This document shows positions 1 to 11,220 of a DNA stretch of 64,000 nt, piece after piece (position 1 is the stretch's first letter; each line of letters opens with the position of its first letter). The DNA comes from Antedon mediterranea (Eukaryota; Animalia; Echinodermata): the NCBI RefSeq assembly GCF_964355755.1, contig NC_092672.1, forward strand, positions 20,659,237-20,723,236, in the 5' to 3' direction. The notes beneath the pieces are model-generated. The model made no database searches and had not been told where the DNA came from. It worked only from the letters and a program-made list of their open reading frames with translations. Position numbers and translations under genes: made by a program.

Positions 1-493
1 AGTCTTTTATCTCATTTTTATTTACCAAATAAAGAGTGATTTAAATCCTCACATATTTTCATAGCCTTTGTCAGCTTATTGGGGTTTGATCATGTCATCT
101 GGACTGATTTCAATAATATTTGTTTTTCTCTTTTATTCTCTATCTAGAAAATCATGGCACTTTCAACTTTTAAATCCCAAAAAATAAAAAAATTATTATA
201 AACACTCATGTATAGAATTTGTCAAATTTTATATAAATATTTATTAACATAGTAAATAAGTCAATACAGTAATTGTGTCATATTTGTTGTGATTGTTTGT
301 TATCCAAACATGATAAATATTTGTATACATTACCTTTTTTTTATTCATCATTAATGATCATAACAGTTTAAATTTGTAACTTATCATCTAGATTTTTCCT
401 CCTTCACTGTAAATGAAATGATAAAATGCACTTTGTGAAGTGAAACAAATTAATGTAATAAAATTAACTTAATGAAATAAATTAAATCAATAA

Positions 494-1584
494 ACTAGAC
501 ATGGAACTCGTCACTTGACGACGAGTTTGGTTATCCGCCCGCAACAAAACGTATCTTGCGCATTCAATTACTTTTCAGTTATGACTTTTCCAAAAAGTAT
601 CCTATTCAAAATTAAAACTGCCTTTTCGGTGTAATAACCAAATAAATCTTTTTATTTAATTGTTTTCGCCTGATGAGATTCGAACCCGGTACCTCTGATA
701 TTAAAGGCGGTTGCACTACACATCGAGCCATATGAGCACCTGCTGAAGAAAATCCGAAGAAAGATTACTCGTTCACTCGTGAACCCCTCGATGCAAGTTG
801 ATTATTACATACCGAACTAATCATAATTTTTACTATTATAAAATCTTCACAAATTTTAAACAGTGACATATTATGAAAGTTTATGAAGTTTCATATATTA
901 CAATATGAAGAAAAAAGATAAACGTTATGTTTATTGTTTTGTTTTTTGAAAATGTTATTGTTGGTTTGATTGTAAAAATTTCAAAAATTATATTTAATAT
1001 GCAAATAATGTAGCCATCAAACACGTTTTAACATTCAACAATATAATAAATCACATCTATGATTCATACACTGCAACAAAATAAAATAAAAAATAGGGGT
1101 AACCTTGCATTCTGATGAACTGTATCGTTTTTAAAAGTAGACATATTTTGCAACATTTTCACAATTTTTTAACGTTTAACGTGCGCAACCAGTCATGTTT
1201 AAAGTACTCGTAGAACGTCATCTCGAGTTGACTAGTGAATAAAATAACATAAAATTGTTAACGGAAGTTTGAAAAACACAATTAATGTAAAAGAAATGCT
1301 CATACGCGTTCCCTGTGCCGTGCGCGCGTAAAAATGTTATGTTAAATACGCAAAATTTATAAAATCGCGCGAAAGTCACGTTGCACAGTTGCAAACGTCG
1401 TGAAAACCTTCACTGCACAACTTCATTGAATGGCGATATGTTGAGAAAATTACGAATCGTTATGTTTGCAAGTTTTAGAGATACGCGTGACACAAAAATT
1501 ACAGAAAGAAGAATAGGGGAAAAAAAAATATGATTTCGTACAATCACAAGAGGTTATCCAGCAACTTCGTTGCGGATAACCAAT
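494..1584 (-). mobile_element. Non-autonomous Helentron/Helitron2-type element (HINE/DINE-1-like)
   Basis: 12-bp subterminal inverted repeat TTGGTTATCCGC (527-538) / GCGGATAACCAA (1572-1583). The right copy is part of a palindrome (1552-1581). The left end has a stem-loop AACTCGTC..GACGAGTT (505-527) and reads CTAGT on the minus strand. Confidence 0.7.
666..740 (-). pseudogene. tRNA-derived segment inside the Helentron-type element
   Basis: Minus strand reads GGTGCTCATATGGCTCGATG...CCGGGTTCGAATCTC, with A-box-like and B-box motifs at tRNA spacing. The acceptor stem is not intact. Confidence 0.55.
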
Positions 1585-2711
1585 TTAAACTTAGATTACA
1601 AATACTGCCACCAGTGTCCCAACATTTGAGATCACTTCTTTCTTATAAATATACTGCCACCAATGTAAGCTTATTTGTTATCTTTGCTGTTCTATATTTG
1701 TAATCAATACAAAGGTTAAAGTTTAAATATTACCTTTTTATGGATTCTCTCCCTACAGTGTTGAGCCTAATCTAATACTGTTTTACTTAAATTGTACAAA
1801 GGGTTCTTAAAGCTTATCCACATGTCTAAATTAGACGGAAGTTTTTCAATTCAATTGTTATTTACAGTTTTGCTGTAAGAAATTGATAGGTTGCTAATTT
1901 AAATTGATTTAACAAAGTTACGAATGTGAATTGAGATTGTTCCAAATGGCTGGAATGACATAAAAGAGTTACAATGGACAAAAGGGATACAGAAAGTGGG
2001 GAAATCTCTTCTTTGATTAATAAAGTATTACAGACAAAAACGTTTCATTATTTTGTGTTTTGGCCTAGAGGGCGTTGTTAGGAATTGTGTTGTTAATTGT
2101 TCAAACATTTTAAAAGATTACTTTGTACTGTTCATATTTATTTTACAGGGTGTGAGTGAGTGTAGCTACTGTATGATACAAAGTACAATGTTATTGAACT
2201 TCCTTCAATACAGACTTGTAAACAATTGACTATTTTGTAATTTGCACATTTTGAGCTTTGCTGTCATGTGACTATACAATCACTCAAATTTTAAATAAAA
2301 TCATGAAATTCATTTTTAAACATTTAATTTGATTTATTCACCATGTGACATGATCAAAAGGAAAAATCAATATGCATCTGTAGTATAAGATACTTTATTA
2401 AAATGTCATTATAGCACACGGGAGAATTGGAAGTAAAGTTTCACAATAGTAAAAAATAGTTGAAATGGTAAATCATACAAAATGAAAAATCTATACAAAA
2501 TTAACAAATCAGGATAACAAGAAACAAACATAATAAAAATAAGATAAAAATTTATTTGACATTGACATTATCTTATATTATGACCTTTGGATTTTCTATT
2601 TATTTTACCTTGTCTTTAACCAATATTACATTTGAAATTGTAGGGCAATGATACAATCAAAGCAAACATTAAATCATGCGACTTTGAATACTTGATTGAC
2701 GCAGACAATAT

Positions 2712-3059
2712 AACAATTCTTGTCCAGTATTGGTCTTCATTATTTCAAATCTTTAAAAGTAAAATGTTTACTGTAGAGTATTTGTGTTGTAGCTGTTTAA
2801 CAATTCTTGTCCAGTATTGGTCTTCATTATTGCATATCTTCAAAGTAAAATGTTCACTATAGAGTATTTGTGTTGTAGCTGTTTAACAATTCTTGTCCAG
2901 TATTGGTCTTCATTATTGCATATCTTTAAAAGTAAAATGTTCATTATAGAGTATTTGTGTTGTAGCTGTTTAACAATTCTTGTCCAGTATTGGTCTTCAT
3001 TATTGCATATCTTTAAAAGTAAAATGTTCATTATAGAGTATTTGTGTTGTAGCTGTTTG
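2712..3059. repeat. Minisatellite, 87-bp unit x4
   Basis: AACAATTCTTGTCCAGTATTGGTCTTCATTATT... recurs at about 87-bp spacing. This explains the 29-aa periodicity of the overlapping ORFs. Confidence 0.95.
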
Positions 3060-4184
3060 TCATGTTGGTTTACCTGCTTGTCTTTACATTCTATTTGTAT
3101 GTTAAACATTTTGTACAGAGAGTTAAGTTTTACATGTTACCCAGTTGTTTCTTGTGTATGGGCAAAGTGTAATAAATAATAATCTTTATTGAAAATGATA
3201 CCTTAATATTTTCATCTGTTGCAACTGATATTACAATTTCTTGAGTCGTAGATTGTATACCTTTGAAATCTCCTGTCTGATTCAGCAGCCGGTTATCTAA
3301 TGTATACATTTTAGTTTTCTTATAGTTGTTTAACTTCATAGGTAGAATAATCATGTTGTCATACTGTATGTCATTTATTTGAATGGGTTCATACAGCACA
3401 ACTTAATTTGTTTGTATTAATAGTTCATATGATCATTTTCTTTGGTTTTTTGCCTGTAAACATTCAATTGGTTAGATTTTGTCTTGTCTCTCATTAAGTA
3501 GGCCTACTAAAATTGTTTAATAAAGAATATATTTAACACCAATGTTGGCCATGCCTGTTGTTTGAACTTAGACTACATTAATATAATAACCTTTGCCTTA
3601 GTTTACTGTTTGTTTTCACCCTCTTATTTCCCCTTAGTAATATCATCTGATAAACAAGCAAATATTAAACCAGGCTTTGTTGCACTATTGTACTTGTAGC
3701 ATTGAATATAGTAGGTTTATTTATATACTTTTTTAAACACTCTAAAGTAAAATTCACAATAAACTATTTACAGTTTGTCTTCTGTCTTTATACAATTGTG
3801 TTTCAATATTATTATCAACCAAATTACAAAATAGTGTATAATTTACTTTATTAATATTTAAAACCAAAGTTGTTTTTTTAAATCTTTAAATTCAACGATC
3901 AAAGTCTTTATCAGATTGTCTGTTGACTGATTAGCAATTGTGCTCTGTATTTTATTTACTATAAATTTATAAAAATTGACAAGTTATATTATCATTCAAG
4001 CAATATAAGTTTTTTATTTTTTATAAACAATAAACGTGAGTCTTTGAAGAATTTCATTTCGCTTCTAAGTTTATCAAAGAAAGAGTAAACGGAGAGTACT
4101 TTCCTCCATGCTCAAACGTTTAAATCTCTATATGAAATCTTTATCACCTGACGTCATGACATCATCAGTTGTTGATGATGTTGT

Positions 4185-4387
4185 ATTGAAGGTCATGCGG
4201 TCCCTGGCCAGGTGAGAATGCAATTAGGTGATTGTACAGATTGTTCATTGTTTTATCTATCTTCCTTCTAATGTTTGACTCTCTAATTGACTCTGTCTAT
4301 CTTTCCATTCTGTTTCCTTAGATAGGATGTTTGCCTCCCAGTTTGGTACATGATTTTCACCTGGCCAGGGACCGTACAACCTCCAAT
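4185..4387. mobile_element. MITE with about 35-bp imperfect TIRs
   Basis: ATTGAAGGTCATGCGGTCCCTGGCCAGGTGAGAAT at left is inverted relative to ATTTTCACCTGGCCAGGGACCGTACAACCTCCAAT at right. Confidence 0.7.
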
Positions 4388-5465
4388 CTAAAACCGGAAG
4401 AGGCGTACTATGTCAGCATCCTTTAATAATTCACCTTTGACACAGAATGTGATAGAGTTAAGTTATGAATCATTGTTATATTGTTCAAAGATCTAGAGCA
4501 CAAAATATCTATTCTATTATTGGAATAGCGTTCAGTAGGACCAACACAATTTCAGTCGGTATTTGATTTTCACATTTATTTTCGTTTTTTCTTAACTTTA
4601 ATTTTTTTATCGTGTGCTTCACTTTGTATCATTTATACTTGTTTTTATTACAACAGAAAATTTATTTAAATAAAAATGTAAAATTGAATGCAAAACTTTC
4701 TTTGTTTTGTTGATTACAGCTTTAATTGAAGCCATAATGAAAAAAAAAACCAAAAAACTCTGGCATATAGTAATGTAGGAAATATAAATAAGTGAATATT
4801 TACAATTAAAACAAATTTATAAATTTACAAACTACCCATTAACAATGCTGAAGTATCCAAAGTCCAAATACAGTGTATTTTGTAAGGACCTTTTGTTATC
4901 ACTATTAGTGGTTGCAGGTTATACTTACACCACCTGATTTACAAAAACCTATACATTTATGTTGATATTGTTTTTGTTATCCTAACTCCAGGGAAGTGAC
5001 TTGAGTTTCTGGCAGTGGCACTCTTTGTTGTAATGTTCATTTGAATAATGTCTTGTATGAACCTCATCTCATTTAGTGATTGTATTATAGTATTTTGTCT
5101 AATTTTAAGTACAATTATATAATTGTATTTTTACAAGACCTTAATCAGTCATTATTAGAGTTTACCTGAGGTACCTTGATACACCTTGTTTGCTTTACCT
5201 AAAATAGTAATTCACGTTGGTTTGTAGTTGTAATCAACTAAATGATAAGAACAAAGCAAACACTAAGTCACGCTATGTTGTAATTTGTATAGAATCCATT
5301 GAATTGCACTGGTTATCACTATATAAATAATGATATAAAAGTGTTTGGTCTTCTGTACAACAACCACTTGCATTCAACTTTTGAAAAGGAAACGTTGCAT
5401 ATTTTGGATTTCTTTTATTTTAGCATTACCACTGTAAGTGTATGTAGTACTTGTAGGTCTAAATA

Positions 5466-6578
5466 ATGTTATAACATTATTTGATAGAGAAAGCATTGCT
5501 TGAGGAAATTGTTGATAGAAGAGACATTGGATTTTATATTTACCCTATTTCAACATCATGTTATAACATTATTTGATAGAGAAAGCATTGCTTGAGGAAA
5601 TTGTTGATAGAGAAGACATTGGATTTTATATTTACTCTATTTCAACATCATGTTATAACATTATTTGATAGAGAAAGCATTGGTTGAGGAAAGTGTTGAT
5701 AGAGGAGACATTGGATTATATATTTACTCTATTTCAACCTCATGTTATAACATTATTTGATAGAGAAAGCATTGGTTGAGGAAATTGTTGATAGAAGAGA
5801 CATTGTATTATATATTTACTCTATTTCAACATCATGTTATAACATTATTTGATAGAGAAAGCATTGGTTGAGGAAATTGTTGATAGAAGAGACATTGTAT
5901 TATATATTTACTCTATTTCAACATCATGTTATAACATTATTTGATAGAGAAAGCATTGGTTGAGGAAATTGTTGATAGAAGAGATATTGTATTATATATT
6001 TACTCTCTTTCAACATCATGTTATAACATTATTTGATAGAGAAAGCATTGGTTGAGGAAATTGTTGATAGAAGAGACATTGTATTATATATTTACTCTCT
6101 TTCAACATCATGTTATAACATTATTTGATAGAGAAAGCATTGGTTGAAGAAATTGTTGATAGAAGAGACATTGATTATATATTTACTCTCTTTCAACATC
6201 ATGTTATAACATTATTTGATAGAGAAAGCATTGGTTGAAGAAATTGTTGATAGAAGAGACATTGTATTATATATTTTACTCTCTTTCAACATCATGTTAT
6301 AACATTATTTGATAGAGAAAGCATTGGTTGAAGAAATTGTTGATAGAAGAGATATTGTATTATATATTTACTCTATTTCAACATCATGTTATAACATTAT
6401 TTGATAGAGAAAGCATTGGTTGAGGAAATTGTTGATAGAAAAAGAGACATTGTATTATATATTTACTCTATTTCAACATCATGTTATAACATTATTTGAT
6501 AGAGAAAGCATTGGTTGAGGAAATTGTTGATAGAAGAGACATTGTATTATATATTTACTCTATTTCAACATCATGTTC
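5466..6578. repeat. Minisatellite, about 92-bp unit x12
   Basis: ATGTTATAACATTATTTGATAGAGAAAGCATTGGTTGAGGAAATTG... in near-identical tandem copies. Confidence 0.97.
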
Positions 6579-6914
6579 AGTTCTTGTATATTTATATTTG
6601 TTACTTTCAAAATTAGAGGGAGGGATGCTTTTATTTAGGAAAAGGGTGATTTAAAGCCACAACAGTTTGTAGATGATTCTAATGATGTTGATCAGATTTC
6701 TGTAGAAGCTAATGCACTTGTCAATTGTATGACCCACTATACGACAAGATTACATGGTTTTGCAAATATTTTTTTCCCCATATTTTTTAATTCCACAATT
6801 TTTCCAGTCATTTTAATTTTGTAAAGCTCGGTTTACACTACACTTAACAACTTCTTGTGTTTGTACTACAATTCAAAAGGAAATCATGTGTAGGAGTTTT
6901 GTAAATGAATTGTA

Positions 6915-8240
6915 TAGAATTCTAAAGTGAAATTCAATAGAATACTTGTGTATTGTGCTTCTATATTTAATAAGTGCATAGACCGTGGACACCTTTTTGT
7001 GATATCAAAGTTAGGTACTATTCATTGTGAATACTATATAATAGAAATATACTCTAAAGAGTAGACAGTTGGTGCTATGAATTGATTGAATTCAGACAAC
7101 TAGAAAGTCAGTCCAGTTATTGTGAATTACCAGATTATTCCAGTTTAGTCAATAATAATGTAAGTTTGCAATGTAGATGTAAAGTACAGTAAGATATACA
7201 GTATATTGCTAGTTTTATAGATACATTTTTATAAATTTTATTTTATTATTTTATAATTTTGATTAATATTAAGAGTAAGAGTTTTAAGGAAGAAGGAAGC
7301 TGAAATAAGCTGGTTGAGAATTGAAATGTTTGGATACAAGAGAAGAAAATTAAATGAGTTGTTACAACAGGATATGTCTATGTTTAAAGATTTAACGTTA
7401 AACTTACATTTTGTGTTAGTTTTGCTCATGATTGACAGTTTTATTAAATTCAGACAGTGCTAGCTAATAGAAACAACTGTTAATGCCAGCATAGAAAAAA
7501 CAACAGAAAGCCTAAAAGAGAAAATGATCAACAGTATGTAGATTTAGGAGAACACTTTAATATAGTTTAACTGTATTTCCTTAATAACATATCATGTTTT
7601 ATAGCCTGATAAAATTGTATACTTCTTAGTCAATGTAAAGTTAGGCCTATACTATAATAATTTAATTTAATTTATATATAATTTATTCCTGTTGGTCTGT
7701 CAGTTTTTTAAACAGGTAACAAGTTAGATCTAGTATACCAACAGACCTACAGAAATCAATTGGTATACTAGATGTAATGTGTTAAATGTTTTATTATTTT
7801 TTCTTTCTTAACTTTCAGTCCTGTAGTTACCATACCGAGAATTTTCCTAAAATGTGTAGTAATAAATTAAAATACTATTTATTTTTTTTTTACCTAAAAT
7901 AGCAATTATTTACTAATAAAAACTGTTTCCCTCTAGTACTTTTTAGGGGTTTTATAGAAATTTAATAACAGAATTCTAAAGGAAATTCCACAGAGTATTG
8001 TGAATTGTACATCAACAAAAAGAAGTGCATAGACCGTGCAAAAGTTGTTATGACATCATAGCTAAAGTCAATAAGCATATTATGTGAATTAACACTAAAT
8101 ATGAAAATAGACTGTAAGGAGTGGTAGGCAGTTGGTGCTACAAATTGGTTGAATTTTGAGTTGATTGGTAAAGTCAGTATAGTTATCAAGATTTCAAGTT
8201 GAGTTGTAATTTGTAAGTTTGCATTGTAGTTCATATTAAA
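6915..8240. repeat. Diverged local duplication of about 270 bp (about 6915-7190 vs about 7965-8240)
   Basis: Colinear shared blocks GAATTCTAAAG, AAGTGCATAGACCGTG, CAGTTGGTGCTA and TGTAAGTTTGCA. Confidence 0.75.
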
Positions 8241-8393
8241 GCAAGAAATACTACCCTAACTATTATCAGATCAATTTATTTACAAATCTGATAAATAAAA
8301 TGAATGAAAATAAACACCGAAATACTGTTTGGATCTGAGTGCAGCAAACAATTTTTGTAAATTTAAAAATGACAATTGTGGAAAGGGAGTTAA

Positions 8394-8738
8394 AGGCCCA
8401 TCTACACAAGGGCAATAACAATTGACAATAAAAAGATAAATATGCATTTTTTATTTTCAAAAAGAAAAGAATTTTAAAAAGTTTTCATCCTAGAACTGGA
8501 TTATCATCTATGCTGCCTCTAATGAAAATAATATTTCCACACGTCCAATCAAGTGACGTCATGATTTAATAGTAAGAGCAATAATATTGGGACAATACAA
8601 TGATTTTATTGTTTTTATTGATCATGATGCCATTTGATTAGATTTTTTTATCAGATACAGCATAAATGATTATCCTATAGTTCTAGAACGAAAACTGTTG
8701 TATCTATTTATCGTTATCGCCCTAGTGTAAATGGGCCT
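8394..8738. mobile_element. PIF/Harbinger-type MITE
   Basis: TIRs AGGCCCATCTACACAAGGGCAATAAC / GTTATCGCCCTAGTGTAAATGGGCCT, flanked by a TAA target-site duplication. Confidence 0.85.
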
Positions 8739-9399
8739 TAAGAGTATAGGAGGGGCAATTGCTTTCACCCATAATTAGGAATGTCAGAGCCTAAAATCTG
8801 TGAAATCTCTAGGCTTTATTGTTTTTTACCTAGTCACCATGCATACAGATTTACGAAGAAATTATATTTTGAAAGGAAATTCTAAATAATTGAACGAAAA
8901 TGTCAAAATGTCATATTAAACATTTTTTTGAACGGCAACCGATTATATTTAAAAAATGCCGAGATTTAAATCATTTTACAATGCAATTTCTTGACTTAAA
9001 AAAAAGTAAGTAAGCACTTTAATGGGAATCTCAGAGTTCCATAGTACTTGTTACTTGACATGGCTGGTGGTCTAGAGCTGTTTGTGAATCCTCTGAATTT
9101 AAACAGTACAAGTAAAATGTTTGGAATAATAGTGCAATTTTCCAGCATTAGCCTGAACCATGTATGTGGGCTAATTTACATTTTCCAGTAAATCATTGCC
9201 AAAACTAGCCTTTGATCCCCACAGTGCCTCTGTATTAAACTACAAAATGATATCTTAAACCAGTTCATTGAAAATATGAAAAGACAAATCTGATAAACTT
9301 ATAGACACTATATACAGTATAGACCTAGGTTTTTTGTAAAAATAAATACTATTACTATATAGACCTATTGCGAAAAAAAAATTGATTCTAATAATTTTA

Positions 9400-10333
9400 T
9401 CGGCCTGTTTTAAATCCCAACGTGCATCGCGTGCGGATTGATATTTCATATTGTGAGGTGATGATCGGTCACATAATGTAAGAATGCAGTGGCGAACCAT
9501 CCCCATGCCATTCGTAACGATTCATACAAAAGACACCGCCATACAACCGCCCCTAGGCCTACCTATTGTTTAGCTGACAGTCAGTAAGCATAAATAAAAG
9601 TGTTTTTATATACGTCAAAAATGGAACGCCGTGGTTACCTACAGATCATCATCATAGAGGATATGTTAATAATAATATAGTACACTAACTGTGGTAACTG
9701 TGTACTGTAGTATACATTATAGCAACCTATTTTTTTTCAAGGCCATCCACCCAACTGTCAATACCGAGGCTATTTATATATTTAATTTCTTCAACAAATT
9801 GATGTAAATAAATATTGAGCTATAATAAGCATTAAATTTTGCGCTTTTTTCGGGGCTTCCCCTAGATGCACGTTCGCAATGAACTAAATACTGAGTGAAT
9901 GAAATCGGCAACAAAATGTTATATCGCCCTGCAATTAGTCACATGTGTTTATTGGAGGGGAAAAGTATGATTGTTTTGCTCATTGGTAGCATGCTACTGT
10001 ACATATGAGAGTGTCTTTTCCTGCAAATTAGAGGTGCCATTTATCATGAATTTTATGTGCGAGAGTACCATTTCCAGCCATCTAGGGCGTCATTTAACAT
10101 TTTAAGTTCGCTTTGCCATAGGTCTTGTCGACGGCCCTGGACAAGCACCTTTTTCCACCATTTGCAAACGCTAACTTGCTCGAAGCGCCCTGTTGTGACG
10201 GAAATTGGGGGAAATGTCACCCTTTAGTAGGCAGTACCTCAACTCATCCCCAACCAAGGTAGGGCTGAGTTGGTGTGGACTCTCTACAGTTGCGCCCCCT
10301 CCCCCCTTTCACAAAATCCTCGATCCGCCCCTG
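9400..10333. mobile_element. hAT-like non-autonomous remnant (one terminus only)
   Basis: CpG-richer island ending GCGCCCCCTCCCCC...CGATCCGCCCCTG, the complement of a CAGGGGCGGATC-type TIR. The left end was not found, so the start is approximate. Confidence 0.45.
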
Positions 10334-10756
10334 GAATGCATTAATTAATTTATTAATAGTAAAAGCCAAAGTTGTTTTTCGATTGTACTTTATTTCCTTG
10401 CACCTGTTTTTAACTGTACATGAGACAGTATGCGTTTGTAGTTCTAATCAACTATATGATAAAACAAGGACAACCTATGGTGTAAATTTTACAGAATATA
10501 TTGAATTGCCCTGGTTATCAGATAAAAGTGTTGGTCTTTTGTACAACAATTTGCATTCAAGTATTAATATAGAAAAAGCATTATATATTTTAGATTTTTT
10601 TGCATTTCAGCATTACCTACTTGTAGAGCTAGAATTAATATATTATTAATTGATATAGGAGGCATTGGTTGAGGAAAGTGTTGATAGATGAGACATTTAT
10701 TTACTCAACATCATGTTCAGTACTTTTAGTCCTAGTACTGTATTTATATTGATTAT

Positions 10757-10958
10757 TGTCAAAATTAGAGGAAGGGATAGTATATAGGTTGAGTTTAAAG
10801 CCACAATCTACAGATGATCCCAATGATTGCTTCATTCTTTGCCATTGTGATGAGCTGTCAACATTAGAGGAAGGGATAGTATTTAGGTTGAGTTTAAAGC
10901 CACAATCTGCAGATGATCCTAATGATTGCTTCATTCTTTGCCATTGTGATGAGCTGTC
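10757..10958. repeat. Tandem duplication, 99 bp x2
   Basis: TGTCAA(A/C)ATTAGAGGAAGGGATAGTAT...TGTGATGAGC occurs twice in tandem. Confidence 0.95.
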
Positions 10959-11157
10959 ACACAAGTTTCTTTTTATCATTAAGTATCTACCACTAGTATT
11001 CAAATAACTCATATTATCATCATGTTTTAATGTCTGTGAAAAGAAGCTGTGTATTTATTAATGCAGTTTACTTTAATATAAAAATATTTTTATTTGAATT
11101 GAAAAATTGTTTTTTTTATAATATAACATTATACATTGTTTTTGTGTTTTCTTTCAG

Positions 11158-11220
11158 TTTAGCAATACAATGGCTTTCAATGGATGGCTGGTTGATCTTT
11201 GTGCAGAAAATGGTCTTGAG
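11158..11220 (+). CDS. Roco exon 1 (probable ATG at 11170): [17 protein letters not shown]
   Basis: Acceptor CTTTCAG and donor GAG|GTAGGC, phase 0. The 12 nt before the ATG are open in frame, so the CDS could start further upstream. Confidence 0.7.

Noticed and set aside
2817-3179. Repetitive Cys-rich ORF and its antisense ORF
   Set aside because: By-product of the 87-bp minisatellite, with no domain or splice support.
4140-4410. Possible promoter (TGACGTCA CRE, CCGGAAG ETS motif)
   Set aside because: Short motifs are expected by chance, they flank a MITE, and there is no TSS evidence.
5466-6578. CRISPR-like regular array
   Set aside because: Units are contiguous tandem copies with no unique spacers, there are no cas genes, and the context is eukaryotic.
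10701-11012. ORFs with a 33-aa repeat suggesting ankyrin
   Set aside because: This is a 99-bp DNA duplication with no ankyrin consensus in the translated frames.
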